NCBI RefSeq assembly: GCF_006345805.1
Contig: NC_042999.1
Location: 165,540,001-165,604,000 of the forward strand
Direction: 5' to 3'
DNA length: 64,000 nt
DNA from: Octopus sinensis
Lineage: Eukaryota
Positions 1-14,298 of the stretch are shown piece by piece. Under the pieces are notes generated by a model. That model searched no databases and was not told the origin of the DNA. It saw nothing but the letters and a program-made list of their open reading frames with translations. A program made the position numbers and the translations under genes. The stretch's first letter is position 1; each line of letters starts with the position of its first letter.

Positions 1-94
1 AGCCTTATAATAGCTATTTCATACCCTGTTCTTTAGTAATTGATTTACAATGCTAGATTAAATATATTGGGTGCAATTAGTAATTTGTTGCAAG

Positions 95-545
95 TTGAAC
101 AATGAAAGATTTGGAAGGTCAGCATGTTTGCGTGAAATTCTGTTTGAAGTCAGGAAAAATTTTTATGATGACTTTGATGATGTTGCAAGAGGCCTATGGA
201 AAGTATTGTTTGAGCAATCTCACAAGTGGTACCAGTATTTCAAATCAGGAAGAATATTCACTGAAGGCAATCCCAATTCTGAGTGACTCTTCACCTTTGT
301 GAAGAGTCACATTACTTTCTGAAAGATATCCTCATAAATAACAAAACATATGTGTATGGCTACAATATTAAATTATAAAGAAAGACAAGTCTGATTCAAA
401 TGTAAGTAAAGCAATAAACTGGTTTTGTAAAAAGTTCATTTTCTTTTGGGGACAGACTTCATATCTTCTGCTGGGGTATTATGTTCAGTAAAACAATTCC
501 AACAGTGAATTAAAAATAGGTTGTGAATGTCATTTCTCAAGAAAT
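95..545 (+). mobile_element. Decayed mariner (Tc1/mariner) transposase remnant
   Basis: Frameshifted ORFs 102-302 and 71-286 give EGQHVCVKFCLKSGK..LQEAYGKYCLS and KWYQYFKSGRIFTEGNP, resembling the mariner N-terminal HTH (EQRVCVKFCFKLGK..LQQAYGEDCLS..EWYQRFKSGR). A C-terminal-like remnant lies near 490-545. Confidence 0.7.
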
Positions 546-2461
546 TACTCCTACAATCCGATACAAAATTAGTTCCAGTTATTATTCAAAACTTGATGGC
601 TATTACTGATAGAAAGCAGCTACAGAAAATATATGCTATACCAATTCATGCAAATAAATCCAGACATTTTAGAAAACAGGCAATAGAAATTCAGAATATT
701 TATTCTTTTTCTAATGGCATTACTGATGTCAGTGAACCAATGTTGACCAGACATTGAAACAGGATTAAGAGCTCAATCTACTAAACATTTTGCAAATTAT
801 AATACAGCTGACTGTTTTGAATTTTTGCTTCTCATTAGTTGGTCATATTTTTTTTCATGGTTTTGCTGAGTATCCTGACTGTACATTATAAATGCTTTTT
901 AAAGTGACACACTTAGATGAAATGTGTTTTCTCAAATATCAAAATGTTGCATCTAAAAGAATTTGTATTCCACTTCTTCGTTAAACTAAAAAGGGTTGTG
1001 TTTGTTCTAAGCTATAATATATATAATACAGAGAAATTTATTTTGGACCTTCATGGTTACGTTCAGCATATTTTTCTTTAAGAAATACAAGAATTTATTA
1101 AGAAGTGATGTTTGGTATAACAAAGTAATTCCAAATAATTATCAGAATTTTATGCCCTAAAAACAATTGCTATTAAACATATTAAGTGTAATAGTCACTA
1201 GCTTTAGCCATAACGGTATACAGTAGCTGACAATACACAACAGAGCTCTCAGTTGAAGATGTGCACAGTTAATGAGATACTAACTCTTGCAATTTTCCCA
1301 AAGTTCTTGCTTACTTCCTTGGTTTTGTTATATACAGTGATTCATATACCAAAATAATCAATTGTATGTATGCATGTGAGAATAGAAGTGGCTAATTCCA
1401 AGAAGGAAATATGAGAAATAGCTTGTTTAGAAAGTGGACTTGTGTAGTCAACAGTAACACAACTGAAAGAAGCAGAGTAAGAGAAAATTGTCAAGAGAGA
1501 GGTAATTAATGATATATGGAAATGTGTGTATATATATGTGTGTGTGTGTGTGCACGTGTGTGTATGTGTGTATACATCTGAAGCAAAATGTTTTTATGGG
1601 CTCTTAAGGTATTACTGTGGGTCCCCAATTTACTATTTTACTTGCTTGGACACCCCCCCCCAAAAAAAAACTGTAGTATATCTCAGCTTAATAATTCAGA
1701 AGATTTTTCAGCTTGCTGGACACAAAAACATATTTAACCTTAGTATTGTCGTGAACTATCTTGACCAGTCTTATATGGACCTCAGGGGTCATCTGGACCC
1801 CAGTTGAGAACTACTGGTCAAGAAAGTTCACCACTATACTAAGGTCAAATGTATTTTTTTGTGTCCAGCAAGCTGAAAAATCTTCTGAGTATTAAGCTGA
1901 GAAAATTATTGGTATATCAGTCAATCTTATCAGTTAGTAAACAGTTCTAAAATATTATTGTTCAACTAATCAAGTGAATCAATAACTTATAGTTTCAGAT
2001 TTAAACTTAATAAACATCTTTAATCTTGTAACATTTACAATAGCTTTAGGTGTTCTGGTCTGATTAACATATTAAAGATTACTCTACAGTTGTTAACTAG
2101 GACAAAACTAATTTCCTATTCTTAATCCTTATATCCTTACTAAGAAATAAACAGAATTCTAGAGCTAATCCGAGTTAATCACAAAATTATCTAACACAGC
2201 AATTACTGAGAAGAATGTTTGTAAACAGTTTACTATTTAATCTAATAATTATTATTTTTTCCTTCTGATTATATTTTTGGAAACTAAAAGTAGTTACTGA
2301 TCAATATTTTGGATTCACATATTAAGTATTGTCAACAATATGGCTGAGTGGAAATACCTCAGGGAAGTATTCTGTGTGCTAAGAACAACTACATAATATA
2401 GGGAGTTGAAAAAACTTTAATCAATTTACATTATTCAAGCAGTAAGTAGACAAAAACACTC

Positions 2462-2998
2462 AGATCTCTTCAGTTTTGATCACGGATTTTTAAATTACTT
2501 TTTCTTAACTAAACATTTTGAAACTTTGTATACTGATGTAATTTTTCACACTTCAGTTTACTTTCACTATTTTTGACAAAATTTCGTATTTTAGAAGTTA
2601 TTTCATATTTGAGTATTTTAACCAATCAATATGTATTCATTTTGTTGGAAAACACTTCCTTGGAAAAAAAAAAGCATGTAATATGCAACACAGGCAGTAA
2701 ACAAAAATAAAATAGAACACAGAGTTGGCATTTAGTAGAGATGAATTGGAAGTTGTTGCTCTTCAATTACTTTTGCAAACAGCAGTAACTTTCTTCAGTT
2801 AAACACACGTCGTCAATTGGTTAAGATTACTCAAATATGACTTTAACATAAAATAACTTGTAAAATACGAAATTTTGCCCAAAATGTCGAAAATAAATTG
2901 TGTTCACCATGAGAAATTACACCAGTATATGAAGTTTTAAATTGTTTAGTTAAAAAAAAAAATAATTAAAAAATCTGTGATCAAAACTGAAGAGATCA
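2462..2998. mobile_element. Foldback MITE with long imperfect TIRs
   Basis: gatctcttcagttttgatcacggattttt (2463) is the reverse complement of aaaaatctgtgatcaaaactgaagagatc (ends 2997). Complementarity continues about 170 bp inward. Flanks aaacactc / aaattctc may be a decayed 8-bp TSD. Confidence 0.7.
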
Positions 2999-3773
2999 AA
3001 ATTCTCTCTAAGGATGGGGTTTAAAATTTAAAAACAACAAGCAAGAGAGATAACTCCATTAAGATCAGTTGGTCAAATTACTTTTTACAATATACATTAG
3101 CAAAAGCAATGATGTGTTTCAGTTTTATCAGACCTTTTCAGTGAAGCATATTTCCTCAGTTGGTAAGACCAGGAATTGTTAATATATATGTAGAAATAGA
3201 TTATCAATGCAATCAGTTGACAAAATCTCTCTTGGGTGACAGCGTAAAATCTAAAAGCAATAACCAAATCTATTATTGTCTAATATTCTTGGACAAAACA
3301 GAAAACAGAGTTTTGAGTGGATCCGATCTTTAGAGACAACTTGTGAGTACAATGGACATATTTCAGTATTATTACAACTTGTCAGTGAAGAATATTCTAC
3401 TGAACTGGTCAAGATGAAGAGTGATTGATATATAATAATAGCTGAGGGAATATGTACTGACATTGATTATGAATGAAAACTCAATGACTAAGGGAATATA
3501 CTCAAAGAAACATTCTTGATCAAAGTTTTTCAGCTCACTACATTACATATGTGAGACCCTACTGTATTTGTATTTGATATGCAGAAGTTACCACTGAGTT
3601 ATTTTCTCCTCATCCATATTATTATTATTCATAATCAGCAATATAGTTGATATTCAAAATCCTTGTATTTTTAGGAATATATTAATCCCACTTGGCCTTG
3701 CCATCTGAGTAGAATATACTTTTGGAAAAGGTTTCATAAGCCCAAAACATATCACTTGTTTCATTTACTGACT

Positions 3774-3944
3774 TTAACCCTTTAATAATCAGATTACTCT
3801 GTCAAATGTAAGCTTCAAAATTTCACTGATGTGATTATTTATTTTTAGAAAGACATATATGTGAGGTTAGATATGGCTGTATTGAACATAAAACAAGCAG
3901 AATATTTAGGCCAAATATGACTAGTTTAAATGTTAAAGGTTTAA
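3774..3944. mobile_element. Short TTAA-flanked (piggyBac-like) MITE
   Basis: Ends are ttaa-cccttta ... taaaggt-ttaa. The right half resembles 40330-40410, which ends ctaaaggg-ttaa. Confidence 0.45.
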
Positions 3945-4364
3945 GGACTGCATTGTTGATGATAGGTATGTTCATAATGATTATTTGTAATGAAGGTATC
4001 TATACATATATAGATAAAAAACAAAAATGGAACAAGAACGTAACATTTGGACAGTTAGACAATACAAAAAAGGGACAGGAAAAAACAAGGACATGTCATT
4101 CAGAGCTTTCAATCTTCAGTCGAATGCCAGATCACCTTTGCAATTTTGGCCAGTTACTCTCGAGACTGCTCTAATCTGGTTGGCTCCAAGAAAATCTAAG
4201 CTAAGAGCATTAGATTCTTTGGAAGAAAGCAAGTGAATGTATACAAAAGCAAGAATGGTAAAAACGCAGAAATGGTACACAATTACACATACAAACAACA
4301 GGACATTAACAACAGATGTCTTTCTACTAAGAATGAATTAAATTAAGCTGGCGTGTATGAGGTA

Positions 4365-4575
4365 CAGGCATGGCTGTGTGGTTAAGAAACTTGCTTCCCA
4401 GCAACTTGGTTTAGAGTTCAGTGCCATTATGTGGCACCATGGGGTAACCCCAAGCCAACCAAATCCTTGTGAATGGATTTGGTGAATGGAAACTGAAAGA
4501 AGCCCATCATATATATCTGTGTGTGAGTGTGTTTGTGTGTGTGAGTTAGTATCTCCTTGTCTTGATATTGCATGA
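4365..4575 (+). mobile_element. Degenerate tRNA-like SINE, family A (5' part)
   Basis: ggctgtgtggttaagaaacttgcttccc...gtggcacc...ggatttggtgaatggaaactgaaagaagccc matches the head of the full copy at 14299-14718. Confidence 0.6.
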
Positions 4576-5499
4576 TTGTTGTGCCCTCACCTCAAGAATT
4601 GCCTGTAGCTTTGTATCAATGTTTGAAATCGTTACAGTTTTCCTTTCTTTTTGTGTGTGTGTGTGAGTATATGTGGATTTATTTTATAGTTTGTCTGTTT
4701 TGTTACATTTTGAGAGAGATTTCAATGCATTATTTTTTCAGTCAAATTTCCTTCATAACACCATCTCTTTTGATATAAACTATTTGTCACTTTTCCTACC
4801 GGCCAAATTATCAAAAAAGTTTTTCCAGTGAGTCATCTATTTAAGTATCTCACTGGATATAACTGAAACAAACGCTTTTCTGTATTATTAAAACTGTTTA
4901 AAATTCATTGTAATACTCACTAAAAATTGTATTAATTTATAGATATCTTTCATTTAGATGAATAATGAGTGTAAGTGAAGTTAATTATATCTATAAAGAA
5001 AATATATTTGCCATCATAATCATATAAACATGGACTGTAAAGTAGCTATGACAATGATGATGTCATAGCTAGTGAGTATTACAATGACCTTTAGATAGTC
5101 TCTAACGGTACATACAGAAGAGTGTTTGTTACCTGGGAAAACGGTTCAAATATTGGTTGTTTTTCTTGGAAAGCTTACTGGTTATAATTTAATTACACTA
5201 TTTATATCTTCCAATATTGTTTTTATTTGGCTATCATACTACCTCACTATCAATTGGTAGGCAGATTGAGTGGCCATATAAGGTTAAATATTCCAAAATA
5301 GGTCAAAGAAAATAAAGGCATCATTTCTCTCTCTCTAACAAGTCAATAATGTGAATTTTCTTCTTTTCATGTCATTTAACTAAAATCTAGTGTAACCAGG
5401 ACCAGTTAAGAAACTGTAGAACTTGAATCATTTTATCAAGGAGCCCTAAATTCAGAAAAAAAAAAAATTATTATACCCAGAAATTCTTTACTTGCCCTG

Positions 5500-6570
5500 T
5501 TAATTACATTTTCTAGATTTAACAAGAACAAACCTATTGATGATACTGGCAATGTCTATTTTATTCAGAAGTTTATGTTCAGAGAATCTGTTCAATTTGT
5601 TTTCATTCAAAATGATTTTTAGATAGTTATTTCTTACTATTATTGGTGGCTTCCTTAATGTCCTGTCAAAATTGCCAGAAGGCTTATCAGACAATGAACG
5701 GTGTAGATCTTGTCATCAATTACAATAATTTACACCTGAAGAAACTCTTAGGGAAGAATTTGTGCAATTTACTGAATTGTTTAAAACAAATTACTTTTCG
5801 TATTGACACCAAATAAGACTATGTACAGTTACCGGTTTGCCATTTGATGGCGATAATTCTTTGAGTTCTAATATCTAATTGTAGAAAATGTCTAGCACAA
5901 CTATTTGTCACTATGGTTACCAGCTGCCATGGAGAATGTTTGTTTTCAAAATAGTTAGAGGAATTCAAATGTACCATCCATCTTTTGATAAGCTTTCTGG
6001 CATTTTGACAGGATAGAAAGGAATCTATCAATAATAGCAAGAAATGTTTGGCTCTTAACCTTCTTAGAAAGCATTTGAGACGCATGTGACTTAAGTGTGC
6101 TACAACAACTGAAATCATCATCCTCATCATTTCCGATTTTTTTACATTTCTCTTTGAGTTTGTTGTTAATTATCTTTATAGTCAGATTATCTGAAACGGG
6201 AGATCACATAGTTTGAATTTATTCATGCAAAGATTTATAAAGCACACAAACTTTATGCAAGACCAAAAAAAATATTGCAAAGAAGCATTAGTTATTTGAA
6301 AAACACTTTAATATCTGATCCTACAATATGATCATTATTCCTACTGCTAAATTGATTACGGTTGAAAGTAGTCTCTGAATCGGTTGCTGACTCACTCTGC
6401 TGGTGATTGTTTTCTGAAATGTCAGCCAAGATGAGTTTTATTACTGATACACAATGTAAAAAGTGCTTTTGTTGCATCTCTACTGGAGCTGACCACCTGA
6501 CATTCTTTTTCCAATTGGCTAATGAACACCATCATCAGATAATGCAGCAGAAACCACCGATAAATACAAA
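5500..6570 (-). mobile_element. Decayed hAT transposase remnant
   Basis: Minus-strand fragments RWSAPV (hAT RW motif, about 6500), TFLAIIDRFLSILSK...MDGTFEFL, and the C-terminus NNYLKIILNENKLNRFSEHKLLNKIDIASIINRFVLVKSRK resemble the hAT dimerisation tail (KNYLRSTM.QERLN.L...IDFDDII..F...KSRK). Many stops. Confidence 0.65.
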
Positions 6571-8939
6571 CAGAAAAAAATGTACAAATTTAAAGAAAAT
6601 TTGTTCAAATTCAAAAGAAATTAATACTTCATGACTACATTCAGCAGCACATTTTGCAACCAAATTTAATGTAAAACAAGAGTGCATTTTGTACCAGAAG
6701 CCAATATCAGAGTTTCTTTCATGGTATCTATCACAATATAGTTTATTTTAACAGAACATCCTCGTTTAAATGGGGATAAATATTGCCTCTCAGTTTTAAT
6801 ACTTCCTCTGTTGTTAATATATACCAAATTTAGTACATGTGCATTACATGAATGTAATTTGCAAACTCATACAGCTCTTTAATTTGTGTTTGTAAGCTGC
6901 TATGCTTGCCATTCATATCAATGGGATTGTCATAACTTTGAATATTACAGTCTTTTATAATCACTACCATTTCCCTTCAATGAATCAAATAGACTTTGAG
7001 TAAGCAGTTCAATATTATGGCCTTCCATATCCAAAAATTTCCCATGTTTTTCAACTGGCCCTGAAAAAAAAAAAAACACACAGTCAACATCAGCTGGTCC
7101 ACATTAGATGTCTCTGAAATAGAATCCAAGGAAATTGACTAATGCTAGGAAGGGGTTAAATATTTCTGGTATATTGTTGATGTTGGCAGTTAATAGTTTA
7201 AGGCATCAAATTAGAATATCAAATCTACTAATGTGCATTCAACGTAAACAAAATTTACCTATTTACTATGGATATTCCATTTAATTGTTGTATTTAAAGT
7301 GTTTCCGACATTGGATCACAAGAGTTGAAGGTAGTTTAGTACTATGGTAATAGAACATGTGTAGAATCACTGTATTGAAATTAATCATTTTCAAACATTT
7401 GGAAGGGGAGGAATAGCATATGCTTATCTTATTACTAGGCCAATGTAATCTTGAGTGTAATAACTTTTTTTAATGCAAAAGTTACTGAATATCTCAATGA
7501 AAGAAGGCAGTGTTCATAGCCTTCTGTAGTCACTTTAAACTGTCAAACTGGAGTGGCTGATTAGATTGTGATAAAAGTTAAGCTTGAATTAATGTAACTT
7601 AGTAATAGTGGTAAGTAAGGACAATGGGCCTGAAAAATGTAGTCTTGGGAAAGTAGAGCTGACTAAAAATGGGGTCTCAATGGAGGTGATGGAACCAGAA
7701 GAGATGAGAGCATCAAGTGAATTTTAATAAGAATAGCACAATTAGAACACCAGCTGGTGTGAAAAGAATAATCACTTTTTTTTTTTTTTCATTTCAAATA
7801 TATCAGTAAATATTATTTCAATTTCAGAAACACTTTTAGTAGCTTGTAGTAGCTCTAAACCCCCCACCCCATTTTTTTTTTCATTTAATTAGAATGACTG
7901 TAGTTAGTATTTAATAGCTATATTGAGGACTTCTACCAATGAGTGTTCATTAATAATTATGTAAGTGTCTGCAGTTGACTCAGTATCTCAGAGAAAATCA
8001 AAAGAGTAAACAATGTAAGCAAATAATTATGTTGAGGTCATTTCAGTGAGTGTTTGCCATACAAAGTCATTTATGCACTCATTCAGTGGCTAATCAGCTT
8101 CACTTGATTATTTCTATATCACACTGAAAGTACCCATTTTTCAAAGGCTATAGAGGTTAAGTAGACTTCACTCTGTTTACTACTTAGATGGCAAACTGTT
8201 GGTTAAAAATCAGGTGCCTAGAATTAAAACACTGATAAATTTGGTTGAATTTATACTCAGTGACTTTCTAAATGTGTTTAATTAATCTTTGAGAAAAACA
8301 GAAGGACAAAATCTTTAAAAATCATGAAGCTATTGTACATAAAAGTTAGTAGAAATGGTTTTCATGTATACATAGAGAGATAGTGGCAAATTCTTTTTAT
8401 TTATTTTACTAGATGAGGTCAACAAAATCCTTATTGTACAAAGCTTTCTGTCTCAAAATAACTTGTAACTTCAGTAAATGTCACATATTCACATGTTTAA
8501 TACATTATAGCAACAACAATGCCTCATTTATGTTACTTGGGTTATATATAAGGACAAAGTTACAGGCCTGCTGACATACAAGTTTGTTGTGATTACAGTT
8601 AAATAACAAATACTCAACGAGTACTTTATATCTCAACTAGTACTTTATATCTAACTCAACTAGTACTTTATATCTAACTTTAATAATACTTTACATATTC
8701 CAAATTATTGTTCTACCAATCTATATTACAATCATAAATTAGATTAATAAGTTGTTGTAATTAAAGTAGGAACAGGGATAAGTTTTCAGTCAGTACAAAC
8801 TACATTATTCAAATTCATTGCCTTCAAATCTTGCTTGTGTTGAGCTGTCTTAAATGCTTGTAAAGATTAATTAAAATAAATATCAGCTTTGTTTTTTTTT
8901 TTTCATGAATGTTTTTTTTAATTTTTTTATCCTATATCT

Positions 8940-9250
8940 TTTATCTGTTACTTGTTTCAGTCATTGAACTGCGGCCATGTGGAGCCACTATCTTGCAAAG
9001 TTTTAGTCGAACATATCGATTCCAGTATTTATGCTACTGGTCTCTGTTGCTGAATCATTACATGACAGGAATGTAAATAAACCAACATTAGTTGTCAAAC
9101 AGTGGTGGTGGGGAACAAATACACATGCACACACACACACACACATCATTCTACTAAATCCATTCACTAAGCTATAGTAGAAGACACTTGCTCAAGGTAC
9201 CATGCAGTAGGATTGAGCCTGAAGTCACACATCTATGCCTGTGCCTAGTC
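8940..9250 (-). mobile_element. Degenerate SINE family A
   Basis: tacttgtttcagtcattgaactgcggccatg...tagtagaagacacttgctcaaggtaccatgcag is the reverse complement of family A. Confidence 0.6.
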
Positions 9251-9417
9251 ATGATCATCTATTTTTTAAATATTTTTAGCTTGGGTGAAATAAATTTTGA
9301 AAATAAATTTATCTTCTACTAACTCACCAGTCAGCTGTAGTAATAAGGCAAGTGTGTATTTCATAGCAAAGGTAACTGAGAGAACACGATTCAAACACAT
9401 GAAATTTTTTGGTCACT

Positions 9418-10672
9418 AAATCAGAAAAGTCTTACTCAGAATAAAGAAACACTTAATTGACTTTATAATGCGGAATAAAGTAAGAAACAAAAATGCTGAT
9501 TGAATTTTGGCAAAGATCAAAGTAGAATCTAATGAGTAAAGATCAAAGTAGAATCTAATACTCTTTAATTTCAACAATTCATTTTCCTTCTTAAAGCTAT
9601 TTTTATAGCCGGTCACCACTTTTTATAGTCACATTTTGTTACCGTTTGTGCAACACTATTTTTATATGTTTCCTATTTGGAAATAGATAATGAATATATT
9701 TTATTTTTGAAGTAGGAATATTTATTGAGAAACCCATCACTTATAACTTACTTATAAGCATTATCATTATACATAGATCCTGACTCCAGCTACATAAACG
9801 CCATAGTGAGAAATATATACTCCGAAATGCTAACGGACATTTTATACATGCATGTATGTTGAAGATAAATAATTTCATGTTCTTTTAACTGCTATAAAAA
9901 AATACACAATTTCAAAATTGTAGATATAAATTTCATTAACAAGTTGAAGAACGTGAAGAAAGAGAAAATAATTGCTACATTATTTTATTTATGTACAATT
10001 AGCATTTATAGTACAGTCATTTAAAGTAAAGTCATTTTGTCATAGAGAATCACGACTCAAAATTCACACTAGCTAATCTTTCAAACTAACTACTAGAGTT
10101 CACAACATTTCAAATAAGTCTTGTTGGATTTTTATCATAGACATGGCATAAAAAGTAGCCAATATCTCAATGAGTGAGTGTCGTGGAGTTTAGTAACACC
10201 CAACAAACACTGAGTAATTTCCCAAAAATCAGGGTTTTTATAAATACTCATATCCGAATTCTAAGAACTGTATTTCGTGTAACATTTCTTTGACGAAAGT
10301 TTAGAATTCGTATATGGGCAGTAATTTTAACCAGTGGAATACCAACAATTATGCTTGTTCGGGCAAACGACCATTACGTCATATTGCTGCCTTTTATGAC
10401 TTGCTGCACTATATTTGTGTATGTGTATATATTCACACACACACACATAAGCACATACATCAGGGAAGGGAGACCCAATGTGTCTTCCTTTATTTTTAAA
10501 GAAATAAATATATACACATACACAAATATAGCTATAAGAAAGAAAAAGAATTATTGAGATTAAAGAGTATTAGGTTCTACTTTGATCTTTACCAAAGATC
10601 AGTCAGCAGTTTTGTTTCTTACTTTATCCTGCTTATAGTTTCTCTTTATTCTGAGTGGCACTTTTCTGATTT
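9418..10672. repeat. Pair of diverged inverted repeats (about 9418-9600 and 10528-10672), possible old TIR element
   Basis: aaatcagaaaagt..actcagaataaag..aaagtaagaaacaaaa..aaagatcaaagtagaatctaatactctttaat is mirrored by attaaagagtattaggttctactttgatcttt..ttttgtttcttacttt..ctttattctgagt..cttttctgattt. The left copy has an internal ~26-bp tandem duplication at 9512-9563. Confidence 0.55.
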
Positions 10673-11058
10673 CGTGTGTGTGTGCACATGTTTTGCCTGA
10701 TGATTGCACTGGTGTGAAACTCATGGGACACTCACAGCTTTTAATTAAAAAATATGTATTCTCTACTGGTATTTAGCACTCTTTTCTCATTTGTCCAGCA
10801 TTAAGTAAAGTGCATATATATGTGTGTGTGTGTGTACATCATTGTCATATCACCCTCATCATCACCATCATTGTTACAGATTCCATGCTTTACAGGTTGG
10901 ATTCCCATCTTGATACCAGCCTTGCGTCTGTTTTAAATTAGATACTTTCATACCTTTGCACATCAAACCACATCTAGATATTTTCTTTTTAGGAAGCATA
11001 AACATGTCACCAGTGCTGAAAGGGAATCAATTTTAGAAGATGCATAGAGATAAACAAG

Positions 11059-11111
<53 letters not shown>

Positions 11112-11255
11112 ACCAACTATCACATTCCACTCACAAGACATAAATCAGCCCAAGGTTATAGTAGAAAATACTTGCCCAAGGTGCCATGCAATAAGATGGA
11201 CCTTAAATCCATGTGATTGCAAGGGGAAGTTCTTAATGACACAGCTATGCCTGCA

Positions 11256-11301
<46 letters not shown>

Positions 11302-11369
11302 TAAAACGGTAAGATAACAAAAGAAAGAAAGAGACCTCAATATTATGTAAATAGAGGAAATTTATCTAT

Positions 11370-11609
11370 AAAATAATATGTTACATTACTCGATAGTCAA
11401 GATAAAACTCTGAGTTTCAGATGCCGAAGTGGGAATCCACAACATCATCTCTTCGGTTATCTGGCTATTTGAAAACGCTATGAAAAAGTATTTTTTCATA
11501 GCGTTTTCAAATAGCCAGATAACCGAAGAGATGACGTTGTGGATTCCCACTTTGGCATCTGAAACTCAGAGTTTTATCTTGACTATCGAGTAATGTAACA
11601 TTATTTTAT
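11370..11609. repeat. Near-perfect palindrome (~115-bp arms) between (TA)n tracts
   Basis: The arms meet at gaaaaa-gta-ttttttc (about 11488). Only two substitutions are visible over the core of the arms. Confidence 0.9.
11517..11579 (+). ncRNA. Minimal type I hammerhead ribozyme motif, family A (U4C core)
   Basis: Stem I agataa/ttatct (6 bp); core CCGAAGA (11523-29); stem II gatg..catc with inner gtgg/ccac hairpin; one extra U; GAAA (11561-64); stem III A-CUC-A-GAG-U (self-complementary); predicted cut after GUU (11573). Confidence 0.6.
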
Positions 11610-11621
11610 ATATATATATAT

Positions 11622-11765
11622 ACCGGAGTAAACACATAAATGTGAAACAAGGTGGAAAAAAGAGTACTCAAATACCAGAGGTAGAGTAATAAGCATATTA
11701 CTCTACCTCTGGTATTTGAGTACTTTTTTTTCCACCTTGTTTCACACTCATGTGTTTACTCCGGT
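11622..11765. repeat. Second palindrome (~70-bp arms, loop agca) made from the 3' part of the family-D module
   Basis: accggagtaaacacat..gaggtagagtaata-agca-tattactctacctc..atgtgtttactccggt. The right arm matches 52192-52262. Confidence 0.9.
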
Positions 11766-12096
11766 GTAACCCGCTTCATTTTATAAAAGTTTGAGTGACT
11801 CTACACAAGTAGGAAGAATAAACAGCTGAAAAAGATGGAACTTTACCCACTGGATTTTTCTCAGAAAAGTATATATATATATAAATATATATATATATAG
11901 ATATATAATACAATTACAAAAATAGTGGTGGCAGTGACTTCAAAGTTTTGGATTGATTACCTTCCTTGGACTAGTGAGCCAAAACTTCCAAATCACTGTC
12001 ACTATTATTATTCTAAATGTATATGTACTCTACAAAAAGTATTGAGTAATCTTTCAGTGTAATACTAAAATGTTTTTTATTATAATGTGATTTCAG

Positions 12097-12250
12097 ATGG
12101 CAAGCTGGCAAAACTGTTAGCACAGTGGGCAAAATGCTTTGTAGCATTTCATCCATCTTTACATTGAGTTCAAATAACACCATGGTTGACCTTGCCTTTC
12201 ATCGTTTTGGAGTCAATAAAAAAATTATCAGTCAAGAACTGGGGTCAATG
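12097..12250 (+). mobile_element. Partial SINE family B
   Basis: gatggcaagctggcaaaactgttagcacagtgggcaaaatgct...ttgcctttcatcg matches the head of 17214-17445. Confidence 0.55.
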
Positions 12251-12404
12251 TTATTATTTTCTCCCTTTCCTCAAACAGGCTGCTGGCCCTGTGCCAAACT
12301 TTGGAACCTTTGTAACACAATATGAAAACAAGCATTAGTATGTGTGTGGGTGGGGGGTGAAGTATTGTAGTGGTATATTAAGGATTTGTTTTCCATATTT
12401 TATT

Positions 12405-12665
12405 ACATACTCTCTCTCTTACTTGTTTCAGTCATTTGACTGCGGCCATGCTGGAGCACCACCTTTAGTCGAGCAAATCAACCCTGGGAGTTATTCTTTG
12501 TAAGCCCAGTACTTATTCTATCAGTCTCTTTTGCCGAACCGCTAAGTGATGGGGATATAAACACACTAGCATCGGTTGTCAAGCAATGCTAGGGGGACAA
12601 ACACAGACACACATACACATATATATATATATATATACATATATACGACAGGCTTCTTTCTACAA
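12405..12665 (-). mobile_element. SINE family A, 3' half
   Basis: Near-identical to 44040-44300 (cttgtttcagtcatttgactgcggccatgctggagcacc...). Confidence 0.8.
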
Positions 12666-14298
12666 ATCATAAATACATACATTGTCATAGTGAAATGAAT
12701 TTTAATAATCAACAGCCCAATTATTAAGCTGTACTTTATAATGTTTAATGATGATCAAATGTTTTTGTTTTGCAGTTGCTGACATTTCTTTTGATTGTCT
12801 TGATTGGGGCTGGGATTTTGTTGATATGTCATTTACCCTCTTCTATTAATGTTCTTCAAAATAAATGTGTAGAAAGTGAATAGCACTAGCAATATAGAGT
12901 GATATAGTTGCATATTTAACCCTATTCTGTGAGTCATGTATCAAAATAATCAGATATTTGTTTGTATAAAATATCTTGAGTAAACAAGTGTTGTGTGGAA
13001 CTCTGATTTAGGGGGGGGGGTTACCAGTGCTTTTCTATACTGTATTTATCCAATATGTCTTAAAACATTATGGAACCACTTTATATTTCTGGTCTACATT
13101 TCTATATTCATTATTGACATTACTGATTTTTTAAAGTATATAGAAGGCTTTGCTTACTGGCAAATAGAGCTAATTTGTAAGGGTCCAAAAATAGTAGTTG
13201 TTACAGGCAACCATTTTGGTTATACAATCTTCATCATCCTCATTTTAATGTCTGCTTTTTCTTGCTTGCATGGATTGAACAAAATTCATTGAGGCAGATT
13301 TTGTACAGTAAGATGCCCTTCCTGTCACCAACCCTTACTGATTTTAAAGCAAGGTAATATCCCCATGACCAGACATGTTCTCACAACATATTGAAAATGA
13401 ATGATGCTACCTGTATGACAGTGACAATCATTTTATAACCAAAATACAATGTCAAGACAAGGAGTCACAAACACACACACACATATATGATGGGCTTCTT
13501 TCAGTTTCTGTCTTCCAAATATGCTTCCACAAGACGCTTGCCCAAAGTACCATGCAGTGGGTCTGAACTCAGATCCATGTGGTTAAGAAGCAAACTTCTT
13601 ACTACACTGTTACATCTGTGCTATACATATATTGTATTTATAACCAGTTATACAGCTCAGTATAACTGATTGTTTGGTTACTCCAACCTTTGGCATATTG
13701 TTGATATTATAAAAGGCAGTGCATACTAAGGTGAACTTGAAATTTGTATGTTTTTCTTAGTCAAAGAATTAAAGCAATGGCTATGAGCTCCTATCTAGGT
13801 CCTTCCAGTCTGGTGTAATTGATGTGGTGCATGTCCAGCTTGAACATCTATGTCAATATCTTTGGGGAAAATGTGAGCTGGTCAGAATACTTACAACAGA
13901 ATAAAAAATAACCTAGGATCAGGTAATATATCAGGACTACTACCATATGTTTAAATTGCAGTATGTGATATTGATGCTGACTGGCCCTAGATCAGCCTTG
14001 ATTACTCAGATATCTGCCATGTAGGTAGTTGAGTGAATGACTAGTTGTGATCCACAGATTAATAGCCCCAGATATACCATATTTCTATATGATTAAGGAT
14101 CACAATGCACATTTTGGTATGCATAGATTGACTGTATGCGGTGTAATGGAACAATCTCTCTATCAATCCTTTCTGATTCTGTATACCTATAGAGTCTAGA
14201 GTTCTTGAGAAGACTAAAATAGAAGTCAGAGGTGAACTTAGTCCAAACATGACACCTGTTGTTTCCTCTGCATTTATTCCTGTTCAGCAACCTATCAA

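Noticed and set aside
2880-3470. Possible hAT CxxH motif (CVHH) and following ORF fragments
   Set aside because: The CVHH lies inside the arm of the foldback MITE, and the downstream ORFs give no recognisable motif.
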